A DNA stretch of 64,000 bases from contig OZ242326.1 in assembly GCA_965208325.1 (NCBI GenBank), positions 4,256,001-4,320,000 of the forward strand, given 5' to 3'. The translations under genes and the position numbers were made by a program. The stretch comes from Candidatus Poribacteria bacterium (GTDB taxonomy: Bacteria > Poribacteria > WGA-4E > PCPOR2b). The notes below the pieces were generated by a model. It had not been told where the DNA came from. It was given only the letters and a program-made list of their open reading frames with translations, and searched no databases. This document shows, piece after piece, positions 49,203 through 59,392 of this stretch; position 1 is the first letter of the stretch; each line of letters starts with the position of its first letter.

Positions 49203-50312
49203 TCAATTATTAGTCGTTGTTCCGTAGATGAGCCGCTGAATCGCGGCAGCGGCAGTCTGTGTGTCTCGGAGCGGTTCAACTGGCGAAGAATCTGCCAGCG
49301 CGCGCGCAATGTCTTCCTCCAGATTCTTTATGTCGCTCCACCTGACGGATGCGAGACGTAGGATTTCTTGATAGACTCGGTTGCGCTTGGGATGCCGGCG
49401 TGTCTTGCGGTCAACCTCCAGAATAATCACCCGCCTGCCGCTGCTTGCGGCTTCGCAGACCATCGAAAAGCTGTCTTCGGTGACAACCACAAGATCGGAC
49501 AATGCGAGAATCTGATTAACCGGATTGGCCAGGCTATTCTCACGGTGCGCTAATACAAGGATTGGGCAAAGCGCTGTGTTCGACAGCCGCGCGCCAATCA
49601 GATTTTCAATGTCGATCGGAGTGCGGCGGGACGTTGTCAACAGAATTTGACAGTTGCGTGTTTCATCGCTTCGGCATAAAACTTCAATCAGATGAGTTGC
49701 TGTATCTCCGCTGATTCCCGCATAGCGGTCCTCGCCGCCGATGAGCACGCCAATCCGCCGGTGGTTTGGGGCATGGATAGCTGTCGCGCCAAAGTTGGAG
49801 TTTTCAAGATATTGGGTACGCCGAGCGTCTAAATCTGCGGGCGAGATTCGGTTCGGCACGCCGATAGTCTTACATACATTGCGTTTGTCACGGCGGGGCC
49901 AGTGCATTTTGGGAAGGATAGCAAGATTAAAATGCGAAATGCCGAGCGGCGACGGGCGCCGGCAGGTAACAGTCTTTGCGTTGAAAAGCTGTCCAAGAAG
50001 CAAGTTGACGGCGGCAACGGACGACCCTGTTGAAAGGATAAGATCTGCGCGTTCAATCGCGTCAAGTTGATTTAAGACGTTTCGTTCCAGGCCCATGCGC
50101 AGGGCACACCTGATGAGCCCGCGCCGCAGTCGAAATCTAGCAATTATGCGCACCAGCACACGCAGGAGGTTGTCACGCACTTTGCTGCGGAAGGCAATGT
50201 CCAGCAACTGATAGCTGCATCCAGGGAGCTGTTGTATCACGCCTAACGACTGGTTGTAATGGCCCGGTTTGCCGTCACTCAACACAATCGCGTGGATCGT
50301 AGACTTGGACAT
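49203..50312 (-). CDS. ELM1/GtrOC1-family putative nucleotide-sugar binding protein
   Basis: LSDGKPGHYNQS, LTTSRRTP, VTEDSFSMVCEAASSG. Confidence 0.85.
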   Translation of the reverse strand: MSKSTIHAIVLSDGKPGHYNQSLGVIQQLPGCSYQLLDIAFRSKVRDNLLRVLVRIIARFRLRRGLIRCALRMGLERNVLNQLDAIERADLILSTGSSVAAVNLLLGQLFNAKTVTCRRPSPLGISHFNLAILPKMHWPRRDKRNVCKTIGVPNRISPADLDARRTQYLENSNFGATAIHAPNHRRIGVLIGGEDRYAGISGDTATHLIEVLCRSDETRNCQILLTTSRRTPIDIENLIGARLSNTALCPILVLAHRENSLANPVNQILALSDLVVVTEDSFSMVCEAASSGRRVIILEVDRKTRRHPKRNRVYQEILRLASVRWSDIKNLEEDIARALADSSPVEPLRDTQTAAAAIQRLIYGTTTNN

Positions 50313-50370
50313 AATCCGTACGCTTAAAACGTAAACAGAAGCAGATTCCGCCCTGAACAGTCATTGCCTG

Positions 50371-50715
50371 TCAAAATTCAGCTAGTGCTGTTTCTTCGGA
50401 ATCAAAAACGTCAATACTCTGGGTCAGGCCAATCACGTCGAAGAGCTCCCGTGTTTGATCGGAAGTATGCGCCACACGCAAAACGTGGCCTGAGTTGCGA
50501 GCTTGCCAAATCAACTTGACGATGAGGCCAAAGCCAGCGCTTGTAATAAAACTCTGCCGATCGAAGTTAATCAGGATTTTGGTTAGTCCTTCGTTCTGTG
50601 CCTGCTGATATGCCGTGTCCATCTCCTTTTCCGATCCTTCTGTTAGGGAACCCGTCACGTCAACTATCGCCACGTCCCCAACTTTCCTGACTGAGATGTG
50701 GGTTTTTGACCACAT
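50371..50715 (-). CDS. STAS domain anti-sigma factor antagonist
   Basis: FITSAGFG phosphorylation-site motif, LFDVIGL. Confidence 0.85.
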   Translation of the reverse strand: MWSKTHISVRKVGDVAIVDVTGSLTEGSEKEMDTAYQQAQNEGLTKILINFDRQSFITSAGFGLIVKLIWQARNSGHVLRVAHTSDQTRELFDVIGLTQSIDVFDSEETALAEF

Positions 50716-50790
50716 GCTTCTCCTTTTGGTTATGTTGTCTCTGATTGAAATTTCAACGGCTTATTTCAGATATTGTGTGTCCATATCAGG

Positions 50791-52584
50791 CTAAACGTTC
50801 GGCGTTTGCGGAAGCCCCGGCTCGACATACAACGTCTTTTCGCGGGTATACGTCACAAAACCGGGCGCGCTGCCTTTGGGTTTAACGACATACCGCGCCC
50901 ACGTATAATCGACCGGAGCATAACTTGTATGGCGCGCCTTGCTGAAAAATGCTGCTATTTGGGCGGCTTGTAGTAGTGTTGGCATTGGAATATCGGGTCT
51001 GTTTTCAGGGTTTCGGATAATCACGTGTGAGCCGTGAATCTGTTTTGCGTGAAGCCACATATCCCGAGCGGTGGCAATCTGGCGGAGAAGGAGGTCATTC
51101 TCCTTGCTATTCCGTCCAACGTACATTTGAAAGCCGTTAGGCGATGTAAACTTGCGGAATGTTGTCTCGCTCATCGCCTTCTTCTTGCCCGCTTTTCTCG
51201 ACTTTATCCATCTCTTTGCCACAAACTCTGTGCGTATTGCGAGAAGTCCTTCCAGTGTGCTCGCCTTCTCAACTTCCAACGCATAAGCCCGTAATACCTC
51301 CTGTTCCGCGGTGTTGTCGGCGATTAACTGAATGATGACGGAACGCCCGCGTTTTGCCTTTGTGTAGCGTTTGAAGTATTGTTGCACATTTTCAGTTGGA
51401 CTGCGTTGTGGAGCGAGTTCAATCTTAAGGGGATTCATTTCCGGGCTGTAATAATTCTTTACCTCGACGCACGTTTGCCCGCGTTTGATACGGTGTAGAT
51501 TTGCGGTGAGAAGCTCGCCCTTTATCCGATAATCATCAGCCTTTTCTGAATCCGCCAAATCCTGGTGCAGCAAGACTAGCTTCCGATCGATTGCAGTGCT
51601 CAGTTTGTCCAAAACTTGGTTCAGTGCCTGCCGTTCCAACTTAATTGCCTCAACACGGCCTATCGTGTCGTAGTAGGCGCGGATTGCCTCATTCATGGTT
51701 TCGAATGGAATGCTTTCGGTATCCGGGAATTGCCGCAACGGCAGCGCGGATACGGCGACAAGTTGGCTGCTATCGTTGAGTAATTCAAGGGCCGCTCTTG
51801 GCTCGGGCATAACGGCTCCATCGGGTCTAGTGCCTTCATCAGAGTTCGCAATCAGTATCTGCGGCTGGCTGTGCAATGGATTGAACGGAACAATAATCTG
51901 CTGGTATGCCTCCCACAACTGATTGGGAGTTGGACTATCGCCGGCGCGCACAATTATCTCTTTAGCGAGCGCCGGGCTTAGGCCATCGATTCGATTGAAT
52001 AGCAATTTCCAGTTGATTTCGCTCTGATTTTCAATCAAGGCAGCAAACGTCCCATAATTCAGCGTCAGCGGAGGCAACTTCTCCTGGCTCGGCGGGAGCG
52101 TGTAATTTAAGCCCGGCAAAATCTCGCGATACCGGCTCACTGTTCCGTCAATGTGCTTGATGCTCTCAAGGATTTTGCCGGTGGCTTCGTCAACCAGAAT
52201 GATGTTACTATGTTTGCCCATAAGCTCTGCGAAGATTGAACGGAGCGACGGATCAATTACATCGGATTTAAGTTCGATAGTGATTTTTAGCACGCGATCC
52301 CAGCCCATCTGTTCGATGGCGGTGATTTTTCCACGGGCGATGTGCTTCATCAAAAAACCCGCAAAATGCGAATCTTCATGTACGTTCGAGGGCCGCTCTA
52401 TCAGATGCGTTCGCGCCTCAACGGGATGTGCTGAAATGAGCAGGCGGTAGGTTTCGGCTTTCTGAGAAACCTTGAGGACAATACTCTGGCGGCCCAACTG
52501 CTCAATATGACGAATCTGCCCGTTGAGAATTGTACCTCGAAGTTCATGAACCACAAGACGTAAAGCTAAGCTATCGAACGACAT
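50791..52584 (-). CDS. rqcH: ribosome quality control protein RqcH (NFACT/FbpA family)
   Basis: DRV, ELMGKHSNIIL, YFKRYTK, VGRNSKEND, WLHAKQIHGSHV, VDYT. Confidence 0.9.
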   Translation of the reverse strand: MSFDSLALRLVVHELRGTILNGQIRHIEQLGRQSIVLKVSQKAETYRLLISAHPVEARTHLIERPSNVHEDSHFAGFLMKHIARGKITAIEQMGWDRVLKITIELKSDVIDPSLRSIFAELMGKHSNIILVDEATGKILESIKHIDGTVSRYREILPGLNYTLPPSQEKLPPLTLNYGTFAALIENQSEINWKLLFNRIDGLSPALAKEIIVRAGDSPTPNQLWEAYQQIIVPFNPLHSQPQILIANSDEGTRPDGAVMPEPRAALELLNDSSQLVAVSALPLRQFPDTESIPFETMNEAIRAYYDTIGRVEAIKLERQALNQVLDKLSTAIDRKLVLLHQDLADSEKADDYRIKGELLTANLHRIKRGQTCVEVKNYYSPEMNPLKIELAPQRSPTENVQQYFKRYTKAKRGRSVIIQLIADNTAEQEVLRAYALEVEKASTLEGLLAIRTEFVAKRWIKSRKAGKKKAMSETTFRKFTSPNGFQMYVGRNSKENDLLLRQIATARDMWLHAKQIHGSHVIIRNPENRPDIPMPTLLQAAQIAAFFSKARHTSYAPVDYTWARYVVKPKGSAPGFVTYTREKTLYVEPGLPQTPNV

Positions 52585-52703
52585 GGTGCATACCTCTTAA
52601 GCGGCCGGCAAAAATGCTAGAGTTTTTGCAAGAAGATAAGCATGCGATGCGGTTTTTGTTGAGGATACCTGCACGCTGTAGGTTCTGAAATCGTGCAGGA
52701 TTG

Positions 52704-53591
52704 TTATTTGCTGTCCAATCCCAATTGCCCAGTCAAATCGTCGACAAATTGCCGGGCAACGCGGCCCGAACGTCCGCTTGATGCAGTTTCCCATTCCAAG
52801 GCGGCGCGATGGAGGTCGTCCATCGGCATGGACAACCCTTCTTTTTGGGCATAATGTGAAACGATTTTCAGATAAGTGTCTTGCGTGATGCGGTAAAAAA
52901 CCAGCCTTAACCCAAATCGATCGCTCAAGGACACCTTCTCCTCGGTTGATTCGCGCGGGTATAACTCATCTTCATCGCTGCTCGGGAACTGATTTTCGCC
53001 GACCCGCCGTGGCATCAGATGCCGGCGATTTGATGTTGCATAAATGATGGTGTTTTTAGGGCGGGCGGCGATACCGCCTTCCAGCATGGCTTTCAGCTCC
53101 CTGTATGCCGCTTCCCCTTCGCTGAAGGAAAGGTCATCGCAAAAGAGGATGTATCGTTCAGGTCGCCCCCACAACAGGTCCGTAATCTCCTGCAGGTGAA
53201 GTAACCCCTCCTTATTCACTTCGATGAGCCGCAAACCGTCCGACGCGTAGCGATGGAGTATGCCCTTGACCAGCGACGATTTACCTGTGCCGCGATCGCC
53301 CCAGAGTAAGACGTGGTTCGCAGGTAGGCCGCGAAGAAACTGCAGCGTATTTCGATTCAAGATTTCCATCTGCCGCTCAATGTCAATTAGATCGGCGATG
53401 TCAACGAGGTCAGGACGTTTGACGGGAATCAAATGCCCCCACCCATCGTGGTTTTTCCACCTAAAAGCGATGTATTTGTCAAGGGAATTGGTGGAATATT
53501 GAGACGACTCCGCCTTTTTAGCCAATAGCGGCTCCACGCTGTCAATGAGCCGCTCCAGGCGAGAAATAACCCTTTCCCAGTTGTCAGCCAT
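52704..53591 (-). CDS. DUF815 family AAA+ ATPase
   Basis: GDRGTGKSS, FCDDLSF, YATSNRRHL, EEKVSLSDRFGL, RSGRVARQF. Confidence 0.92.
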   Translation of the reverse strand: MADNWERVISRLERLIDSVEPLLAKKAESSQYSTNSLDKYIAFRWKNHDGWGHLIPVKRPDLVDIADLIDIERQMEILNRNTLQFLRGLPANHVLLWGDRGTGKSSLVKGILHRYASDGLRLIEVNKEGLLHLQEITDLLWGRPERYILFCDDLSFSEGEAAYRELKAMLEGGIAARPKNTIIYATSNRRHLMPRRVGENQFPSSDEDELYPRESTEEKVSLSDRFGLRLVFYRITQDTYLKIVSHYAQKEGLSMPMDDLHRAALEWETASSGRSGRVARQFVDDLTGQLGLDSK

Positions 53592-53710
53592 ATTTCCGAT
53601 GATTCTAACCTTCTTGATGTTTTGTGTGTATCTCGATTATACCATAAATGAACCTTGCACCCAAAAACAAAAAACACGAAGTGGAACCTCATACAAAATT
53701 CCCCCTTCGC

Positions 53711-53739
53711 TTGACAAGGGTGGGCAAATACAGTATAAT
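53711..53739 (+). promoter_or_regulatory. sigma70-type promoter upstream of argF
   Basis: TTGACA-17 nt-TATAAT. Confidence 0.75.
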
Positions 53740-53952
53740 CATCGTCATCTTTGCCTACGCAATGCCCCTTGGATTTGGCGCGAAACTTCTGCTAAATTCA
53801 CGTTTCTGCACCCCCGCAATTAGAGGCGTTTCGCGATTTCAGGTGTTGCCCAAGAGGAAAAATTCAAAACGCAGCGGGCGCACCTCAAGGACATGTTCTA
53901 ATGGCTCGAACTCACGCGGCGATGCGTTGCGTTATTTGCACTGGAGGCTATC

Positions 53953-54873
53953 ATGCATCTAATTACGCTTAAAGACTGGTCTAATGCAGGTGTAATGGAA
54001 GTTGTAGAAAACAGCATCGCTATCAAAAAACACCCGGGACAATACGCGGACGCCATGAACGGGCGGAGCCTTGCCTTGCTCTTTCAGAAAACCTCCACAC
54101 GGACACGTTGCGCCGGAGAGGCGGGCATGGCGCAATTGGGTGGACACGGCATGTATCTCGACTGGCAAACCACGAATTTCACCCTAGCTGATTTAGGCGA
54201 TGAAATTCGGGTGCTGTCAACTTATGCGGATATAATCCTTGCCCGTTTCTTGAAGCATGCAGATGTCGTGCGTGCAGCCGAGTGCGCAACAATTCCCGTC
54301 ATAAACGGGTGCTGCGATCGATACCACCCGACCCAGGCATTGGGCGATCTCATGACAATACAGGAAAAGCTAGGGCGCTTAGAAGGTGTTAAACTCACCT
54401 ATGTCGGGGTACATAATAACGTTTGCAATTCTCTGATTGCTGCTGGCCTTAACGTAGGCATGGAAGTGACCGCAGTTACGCCCGAAATCAATCCGGCGGC
54501 AGTCGATGAGCCGCTGTTTGAGGATGCACGCAAAGCAGGTTGCTTCGCGGTGTCAGATCAACTGCAGGCAGCAATCGCAAAGAGTGACGTTGTTTATACG
54601 GATACGTGGATTGATATGGAGTTTTTTCTGGATTCGGGGTTCAAAGCGGAAAAAGAGCGGCGTATCCAGTTATTTATGCCCTATCAGTTGAACCGGGAAT
54701 TGTTGGATGGCCACGATGTTTTAATTATGCACTGCCTTGCTGCCCATCGCGGCTACGAAATTTCTGACGACATCATGGACGATCCACGGTCAATTGTTTT
54801 TGAGCAAGCGGAGAACCGGCTTCATAGTATGAAAGCCCTGATGCTGAAGATTTTAGAGACGAATAATGAGTAA
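53953..54873 (+). CDS. argF: ornithine carbamoyltransferase (transcarbamylase family)
   Basis: FQKTSTRTR, HPTQ, NNV, YTDTW, MHCL, QAENRLH. Confidence 0.82.
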   Translation: MHLITLKDWSNAGVMEVVENSIAIKKHPGQYADAMNGRSLALLFQKTSTRTRCAGEAGMAQLGGHGMYLDWQTTNFTLADLGDEIRVLSTYADIILARFLKHADVVRAAECATIPVINGCCDRYHPTQALGDLMTIQEKLGRLEGVKLTYVGVHNNVCNSLIAAGLNVGMEVTAVTPEINPAAVDEPLFEDARKAGCFAVSDQLQAAIAKSDVVYTDTWIDMEFFLDSGFKAEKERRIQLFMPYQLNRELLDGHDVLIMHCLAAHRGYEISDDIMDDPRSIVFEQAENRLHSMKALMLKILETNNE

Positions 54874-54902
54874 AGAGTAATGAGTAAAGAGTAATGCGTA
54901 AA
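54864..54902. repeat. short tandem repeat (TAATGAGTAAAGAG, about 3 copies) over the argF stop
   Basis: taatgagtaaagag taatgagtaaagag taatgcgtaaa. Confidence 0.8.
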
Positions 54903-54930
54903 TTACCCATAAACTGATAAAATTCCAGAT

Positions 54931-55806
54931 TTGCACATGTCCCAATCTTCCCTCATTCCTATCAGAACCCGCGATGAAATCGAAGTTGACAAGTTGTTAA
55001 CCACGATTCAAGCAAAGCGGGATCAGGTCGCCGAAATGACCCTTGAGCTAGAGGAACTCAAGCTGGATGTTCGCCGGTTTGAGAGCGAATATAATGCGCG
55101 CGTTGGCCGATATTATATTGAGCTCGACAAAGTTGACCTCTTGACCAAGGAACAGAGGCTGCGGCTGCGACTATTGGAAGAGGGCGTATCCCCCGATAGT
55201 CCGGAAATGGAAAAACGGATTGAATCCTGTTTCCGTTCGGAACGTATTCGGTTGGCTGATTATGAACGGGAGATAGACTCGGATGAAGATGACTTCAACA
55301 CGCCGAAAGCCCTGTCAATTCCACCGGAACAGATGAAGCAGCTTCGCGGGCTTTATCTCGGGCTGGCAAAGACATACCACCCGGACAAGGCGAATTGTGA
55401 TGGCGAACAAGATGAACGGAAGCGGATGATGCTGCTGATTAATCGTGCTTACGAGGATCGAGATATTCAGACGCTCAAGCGAATAAACATTAAGATTGAA
55501 CCCGAAATCGAATCAGTTGAGGAGACAACACAGCAGCGCAGGACACGGCTGTCACAGGAAATGAATCGGCTGATGCGTGTCCTAGGCGAATTGCGTCTAG
55601 AAATCAATAGAATTAAATCGAGCAAGACATATCATTTCAAACAGGAAGTAAAACAATCCCGTGAAAGCGGCGCCGATCTCTTGGCCAGCCTGGTTAGGGA
55701 CTTGCAGCAGAAGATTAATGCCAACAAACGGCGGTTAACGGTTTTGATTGAACAATTCCAGCAATTCAGTCGAAAGTTGATGAATAATCAGGAAAATGTC
55801 CTATAG
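54931..55806 (+). CDS. coiled-coil protein with a central J-like domain (start probably 54937)
   Basis: LRGLYLGLAKTYHPDK...MLLINRAYE between long coiled coils. Confidence 0.75.
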   Translation: MHMSQSSLIPIRTRDEIEVDKLLTTIQAKRDQVAEMTLELEELKLDVRRFESEYNARVGRYYIELDKVDLLTKEQRLRLRLLEEGVSPDSPEMEKRIESCFRSERIRLADYEREIDSDEDDFNTPKALSIPPEQMKQLRGLYLGLAKTYHPDKANCDGEQDERKRMMLLINRAYEDRDIQTLKRINIKIEPEIESVEETTQQRRTRLSQEMNRLMRVLGELRLEINRIKSSKTYHFKQEVKQSRESGADLLASLVRDLQQKINANKRRLTVLIEQFQQFSRKLMNNQENVL

Positions 55807-56033
55807 TCCGCCTGCCGCTGCAATAGAGAAATTTTGCACCTATTGAAGCAAATTGGGCGATAGCCGCTTGTCTGAAATCTAGCAGCCTCTGCAAAAACGC
55901 TTGGATTTAATTGTTCAATGTGTTATAATTTCAATTATTGTCGCGCAGTTGATTTCAATATGTATCTGCGTTTGGACTGAAGACATTCAACCCAAAATCA
56001 AAAATAATATCTATTTTCAAGGAGGCATGAATA

Positions 56034-56648
56034 ATGGCACATGAACTACCCGCGTTGCCGTATGCGCACGATGCTTTAGAACCACATATAGATGCGCGAA
56101 CCATGGAAATCCATCACGGCAAGCATCATCAAACCTATGTCAACAACGTCAATGATGCTCTTGATGGGCTGGATGACCTTGCGGCGTTGCCCATTGAGGA
56201 GTTGCTTCGTAACATCGACAGTGTACCGGAGGCAAAACGGCAAGCCGTCATTAACAATGGCGGCGGTCATGCCAACCACTCACTCTTTTGGACGATTATG
56301 GGGTCCGACAGCGGGGGCGACCCGAGCGGCGACCTTGCTGCTGCGATTGACTCCGCATTTGGATCGAGCGATGAGGCGTACGGAACGTTTGCCAAGGCAG
56401 CAGCCACCCGTTTTGGATCCGGTTGGGCTTGGTTGGTCGTTGATGAGACAGGTGGACTGCAAATTTACTCAACCGCAAATCAAGATAGTCCGCTCATGCA
56501 GGGCCATACTCCGATACTTGGCGTCGATGTCTGGGAACATGCTTACTATCTGAATTATCAGAATAGACGACCGGACTATGTGGCAGCCTTTGCTAACGTT
56601 ATCAACTGGGATGAGGTTGCAAGGCGGTATGCGGCTGCGAAAGGCTAG
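56034..56648 (+). CDS. sodA: Mn/Fe superoxide dismutase (Mn-type signature)
   Basis: [30 protein letters not shown]. Confidence 0.95.
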   Translation: MAHELPALPYAHDALEPHIDARTMEIHHGKHHQTYVNNVNDALDGLDDLAALPIEELLRNIDSVPEAKRQAVINNGGGHANHSLFWTIMGSDSGGDPSGDLAAAIDSAFGSSDEAYGTFAKAAATRFGSGWAWLVVDETGGLQIYSTANQDSPLMQGHTPILGVDVWEHAYYLNYQNRRPDYVAAFANVINWDEVARRYAAAKG

Positions 56649-56702
56649 TTGATTCGTCAAAAGAGAGATGGATAGATCAACTCTTGAATTTTTGCAAATA
56701 AC

Positions 56703-56731
56703 TTGACATCTCTCATCGCCTTATGTATACT
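56703..56731 (+). promoter_or_regulatory. sigma70-type promoter of the ilv leader
   Basis: TTGACA-17 nt-TATACT. Confidence 0.8.
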
Positions 56732-56761
56732 TAATAGAAATACTTGAATTTCATACGGCAA

Positions 56762-57036
56762 ATACGATGAAGGGGAGGAGTAGGCTGCCAAGCCTTGACA
56801 GAGCGGGAAATCCACCTGCTGAGAGATTTCCTCAAGCGCTGCAGCTGAACGTCGCCCTGGAGTTGCTAGCCCGAAAATACAACGTAGGGTTAGACGGTTG
56901 ATGCCCGTCACCGCATCCCAATGAGTGCCCTTTTTGAAAGCGAAGCTTAACAGAGAGGGAATTGGAGTGGTACCGCGGCAAGATCTTCGAAAGAAGCCCT
57001 TTTCGTCTCCAAGTTGGAACGAGAAGGGCTTTTTTG
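56762..57036 (+). ncRNA. T-box riboswitch, predicted Val specifier (GTC)
   Basis: Stem I with AGTA/GAA loop and GCTGAGA apical motif, specifier GTC at 56851-56853, T-box AATTGGAGTGGTACCGCG at 56960-56977, terminator AAGCCCTTTTCG...CGAGAAGGGCTTTTTT. Confidence 0.9.
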
Positions 57037-57164
57037 ATTCAAGTCACTCACTATGTTTCCGGAACGCTGGGGAATATAGTTCCGATTCCGTTTTGAATGG
57101 CCGCGGGAAAGTCGTATTTAGTGAACTCAATGTAGTATCAATTCTAGAAGAGGGCGAGGAAACG

Positions 57165-58844
57165 ATGGAACAGATGCGAGGTGCACAACTCCTTATCGAA
57201 AGTCTTCGGCGAGAAGGCGTCGAGTACATTTTTGGACTTAACGGGGGCGCAGCGATGCCAATCTTTGATGCGCTCTACGATGCGCAGGGTATCAAGCTCA
57301 TCCCGATGCGGCACGAACAGGGTGCAGTGCACGCCGCTGACGGTTATGCGCGCGCAACGGGAATCGTGGGTGTTGTGCTTGCCACTTCGGGTCCCGGTGC
57401 GACAAACCTTGTCACTGGCATTGCTACGGCTTATATGGATTCTATTCCAATGGTGGCAATCACAGGGCAGGTATTCACCCATTTGATGGGCAATGACGCC
57501 TTCCAAGAATGTGATATCATTGGGGTAACACGTCCGGTCTGTAAGCACAGCTTCTTAATTAAATCAAGCGACGAGGTCGCAGAAATTGTGGCGGAAGCCT
57601 TCCACATTGCTAGCACAGGGAGACCGGGGCCTGTTGTCGTTGATTTCGCGAAGGACGCTCAAATCAGTGAGTCCATATTCAGATATCCGGAGTCGGTCAA
57701 TATTCGAGGCTACAAACCCAGCGTCGATGGACACCCACGGCAGATTGCCAAAGCCGTTGACCTGATCCACAACGCCGAGCGCCCCATAATTTACGCTGGA
57801 GGCGGTGTTGTTCTCTCCGACGCTAGCGAAGAATTGCGCGAATTGGCAATCAAAACCGGTATTCCCATCACGGTAACGCTCATGGGGCTAGGTGCATTTC
57901 CCGAAACTCACCCGCTGTCAATGGAGATGCCGGGCATGCACGGCTCTTGCTGCGCAAACTATGCGTTTACGGACGCCGACCTCCTTATTGCGGTGGGGGC
58001 GCGGTTCGACGATCGGGTCACAGGCGACCTAAGCAAATTTGCTAAGAAGGCGAAGAAAATTCAAATTGATATCGATCCCTCCTGTATCGGCAAGAATGTT
58101 CCGATAGATGTTCCCATAGTGGGTGATGCCAAACGCGTATTGGCGAAGATGAATCAGCACGTGCATCACGTGGACATTGAGCCGTGGATACGCCAAACTG
58201 ATGAGTGGAAGGAAAAATATCCCTTCGAGTATCAACAAAGAGGGGATAAGATTATGCCGCAGTTTGTGATTGAGCAAATCTATGATGTCTTTCCCGATGC
58301 GGTTGTCGTCGGGGACGTGGGACAACATCAGATGTGGGCAGCGCAATATTTCAAATTTACCCAGCCGCGGCAGTGGTTGAACTCGGGCGGACTCGGAACT
58401 ATGGGGTTCAGTTTGCCCGCGGCGATTGGCGCGCAACTCGGATGTCCGGACAAAACTATTGTGAACATTAATGGAGACGGTTCTTACATCATGACAATTC
58501 AAGAACTTGTTCCTGCTGTCACGCTGAAACTTCCGCTCAAGATTTTCATCATTAACAATATGTATCTCGGTATGGTGCGGCAGTGGCAAGAACTCTTCCA
58601 CGAAAAACGGTATGCGGCGGTCGATTACCACGATAACCCCGACTTTGCGCTGCTTGCTCAAGCGTTCGGCGCAACAGGCCTCCGCGTCGATCGGATTGAA
58701 GATGTTCGACCAGCGTTGGAAAAGTCGAAACATATTGATGATGGTCCCGTGGTTATTGACTTCATTGTTGATGAAGATGAGAACGTGTTCCCAATGGTCC
58801 CCGCAGGTGCGGGACTCGGCGATGTCATACGAGGTTTAGCATAA
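57165..58844 (+). CDS. ilvB: acetolactate synthase large subunit
   Basis: RHEQGA, TSGPGATN, RFDDRVTG, GDGS...NN ThDP motif; start moved to MEQMRG after the GAGG RBS. Confidence 0.96.
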   Translation: MEQMRGAQLLIESLRREGVEYIFGLNGGAAMPIFDALYDAQGIKLIPMRHEQGAVHAADGYARATGIVGVVLATSGPGATNLVTGIATAYMDSIPMVAITGQVFTHLMGNDAFQECDIIGVTRPVCKHSFLIKSSDEVAEIVAEAFHIASTGRPGPVVVDFAKDAQISESIFRYPESVNIRGYKPSVDGHPRQIAKAVDLIHNAERPIIYAGGGVVLSDASEELRELAIKTGIPITVTLMGLGAFPETHPLSMEMPGMHGSCCANYAFTDADLLIAVGARFDDRVTGDLSKFAKKAKKIQIDIDPSCIGKNVPIDVPIVGDAKRVLAKMNQHVHHVDIEPWIRQTDEWKEKYPFEYQQRGDKIMPQFVIEQIYDVFPDAVVVGDVGQHQMWAAQYFKFTQPRQWLNSGGLGTMGFSLPAAIGAQLGCPDKTIVNINGDGSYIMTIQELVPAVTLKLPLKIFIINNMYLGMVRQWQELFHEKRYAAVDYHDNPDFALLAQAFGATGLRVDRIEDVRPALEKSKHIDDGPVVIDFIVDEDENVFPMVPAGAGLGDVIRGLA

Positions 58845-59335
58845 TGGTTGAGGAGAGACACATCTTTTCTGTTCTCGTTGAAAATCGATTCGGCGTACTC
58901 GCGAGGATTGCGGGGTTATTTAGTGGTCGAGGATACAACATTGATAGCCTAAATGTCGCCGAGACGGACGATCCAGGCGTTTCCCACATGACAATCGTTA
59001 CACATGGCGATGCGCAAATTGTCGAACAGATATACAAACATCTAAATAAGCTAATTGACGTAATAAAGGTGACCGATCTTACCGCTGAAAACCACGTTGA
59101 GCGGGAGCTAGTCTTGATTAAGATGAATGCAACACCCAATCGGCGTGGAGAGATTCTTCAAATTATGGAGATTTTCCGCGCACGTGCGGTTGATGTTAGC
59201 CCCGCAACATTGACGATTGAGGTCACCGGTGACGAAGGTAAGCTGAAGGCTGTGGTTGACATGCTGCGTCCGTATGGAATTCAAGAATTGGTCCGCACGG
59301 GAAAAATCGCAATCATGCGCGGGGCAGCGAAGTAA
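58844..59335 (+). CDS. ilvN: acetolactate synthase small subunit
   Basis: ACT domain LVENRFGVLARIAGLFSGRGYNIDSL. Confidence 0.96.
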   Translation: MVEERHIFSVLVENRFGVLARIAGLFSGRGYNIDSLNVAETDDPGVSHMTIVTHGDAQIVEQIYKHLNKLIDVIKVTDLTAENHVERELVLIKMNATPNRRGEILQIMEIFRARAVDVSPATLTIEVTGDEGKLKAVVDMLRPYGIQELVRTGKIAIMRGAAK

Positions 59336-59392
59336 TTGATGATTGGCCGTCGGCACTGCCGATTTTCAATTGTCAGTTGAAAGGAGCGTTTT

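Noticed and set aside
56925..57164. N-terminal extension of IlvB shown in the ORF track
   Set aside because: It overlaps the T-box and terminator; the RBS and homology start at 57165.
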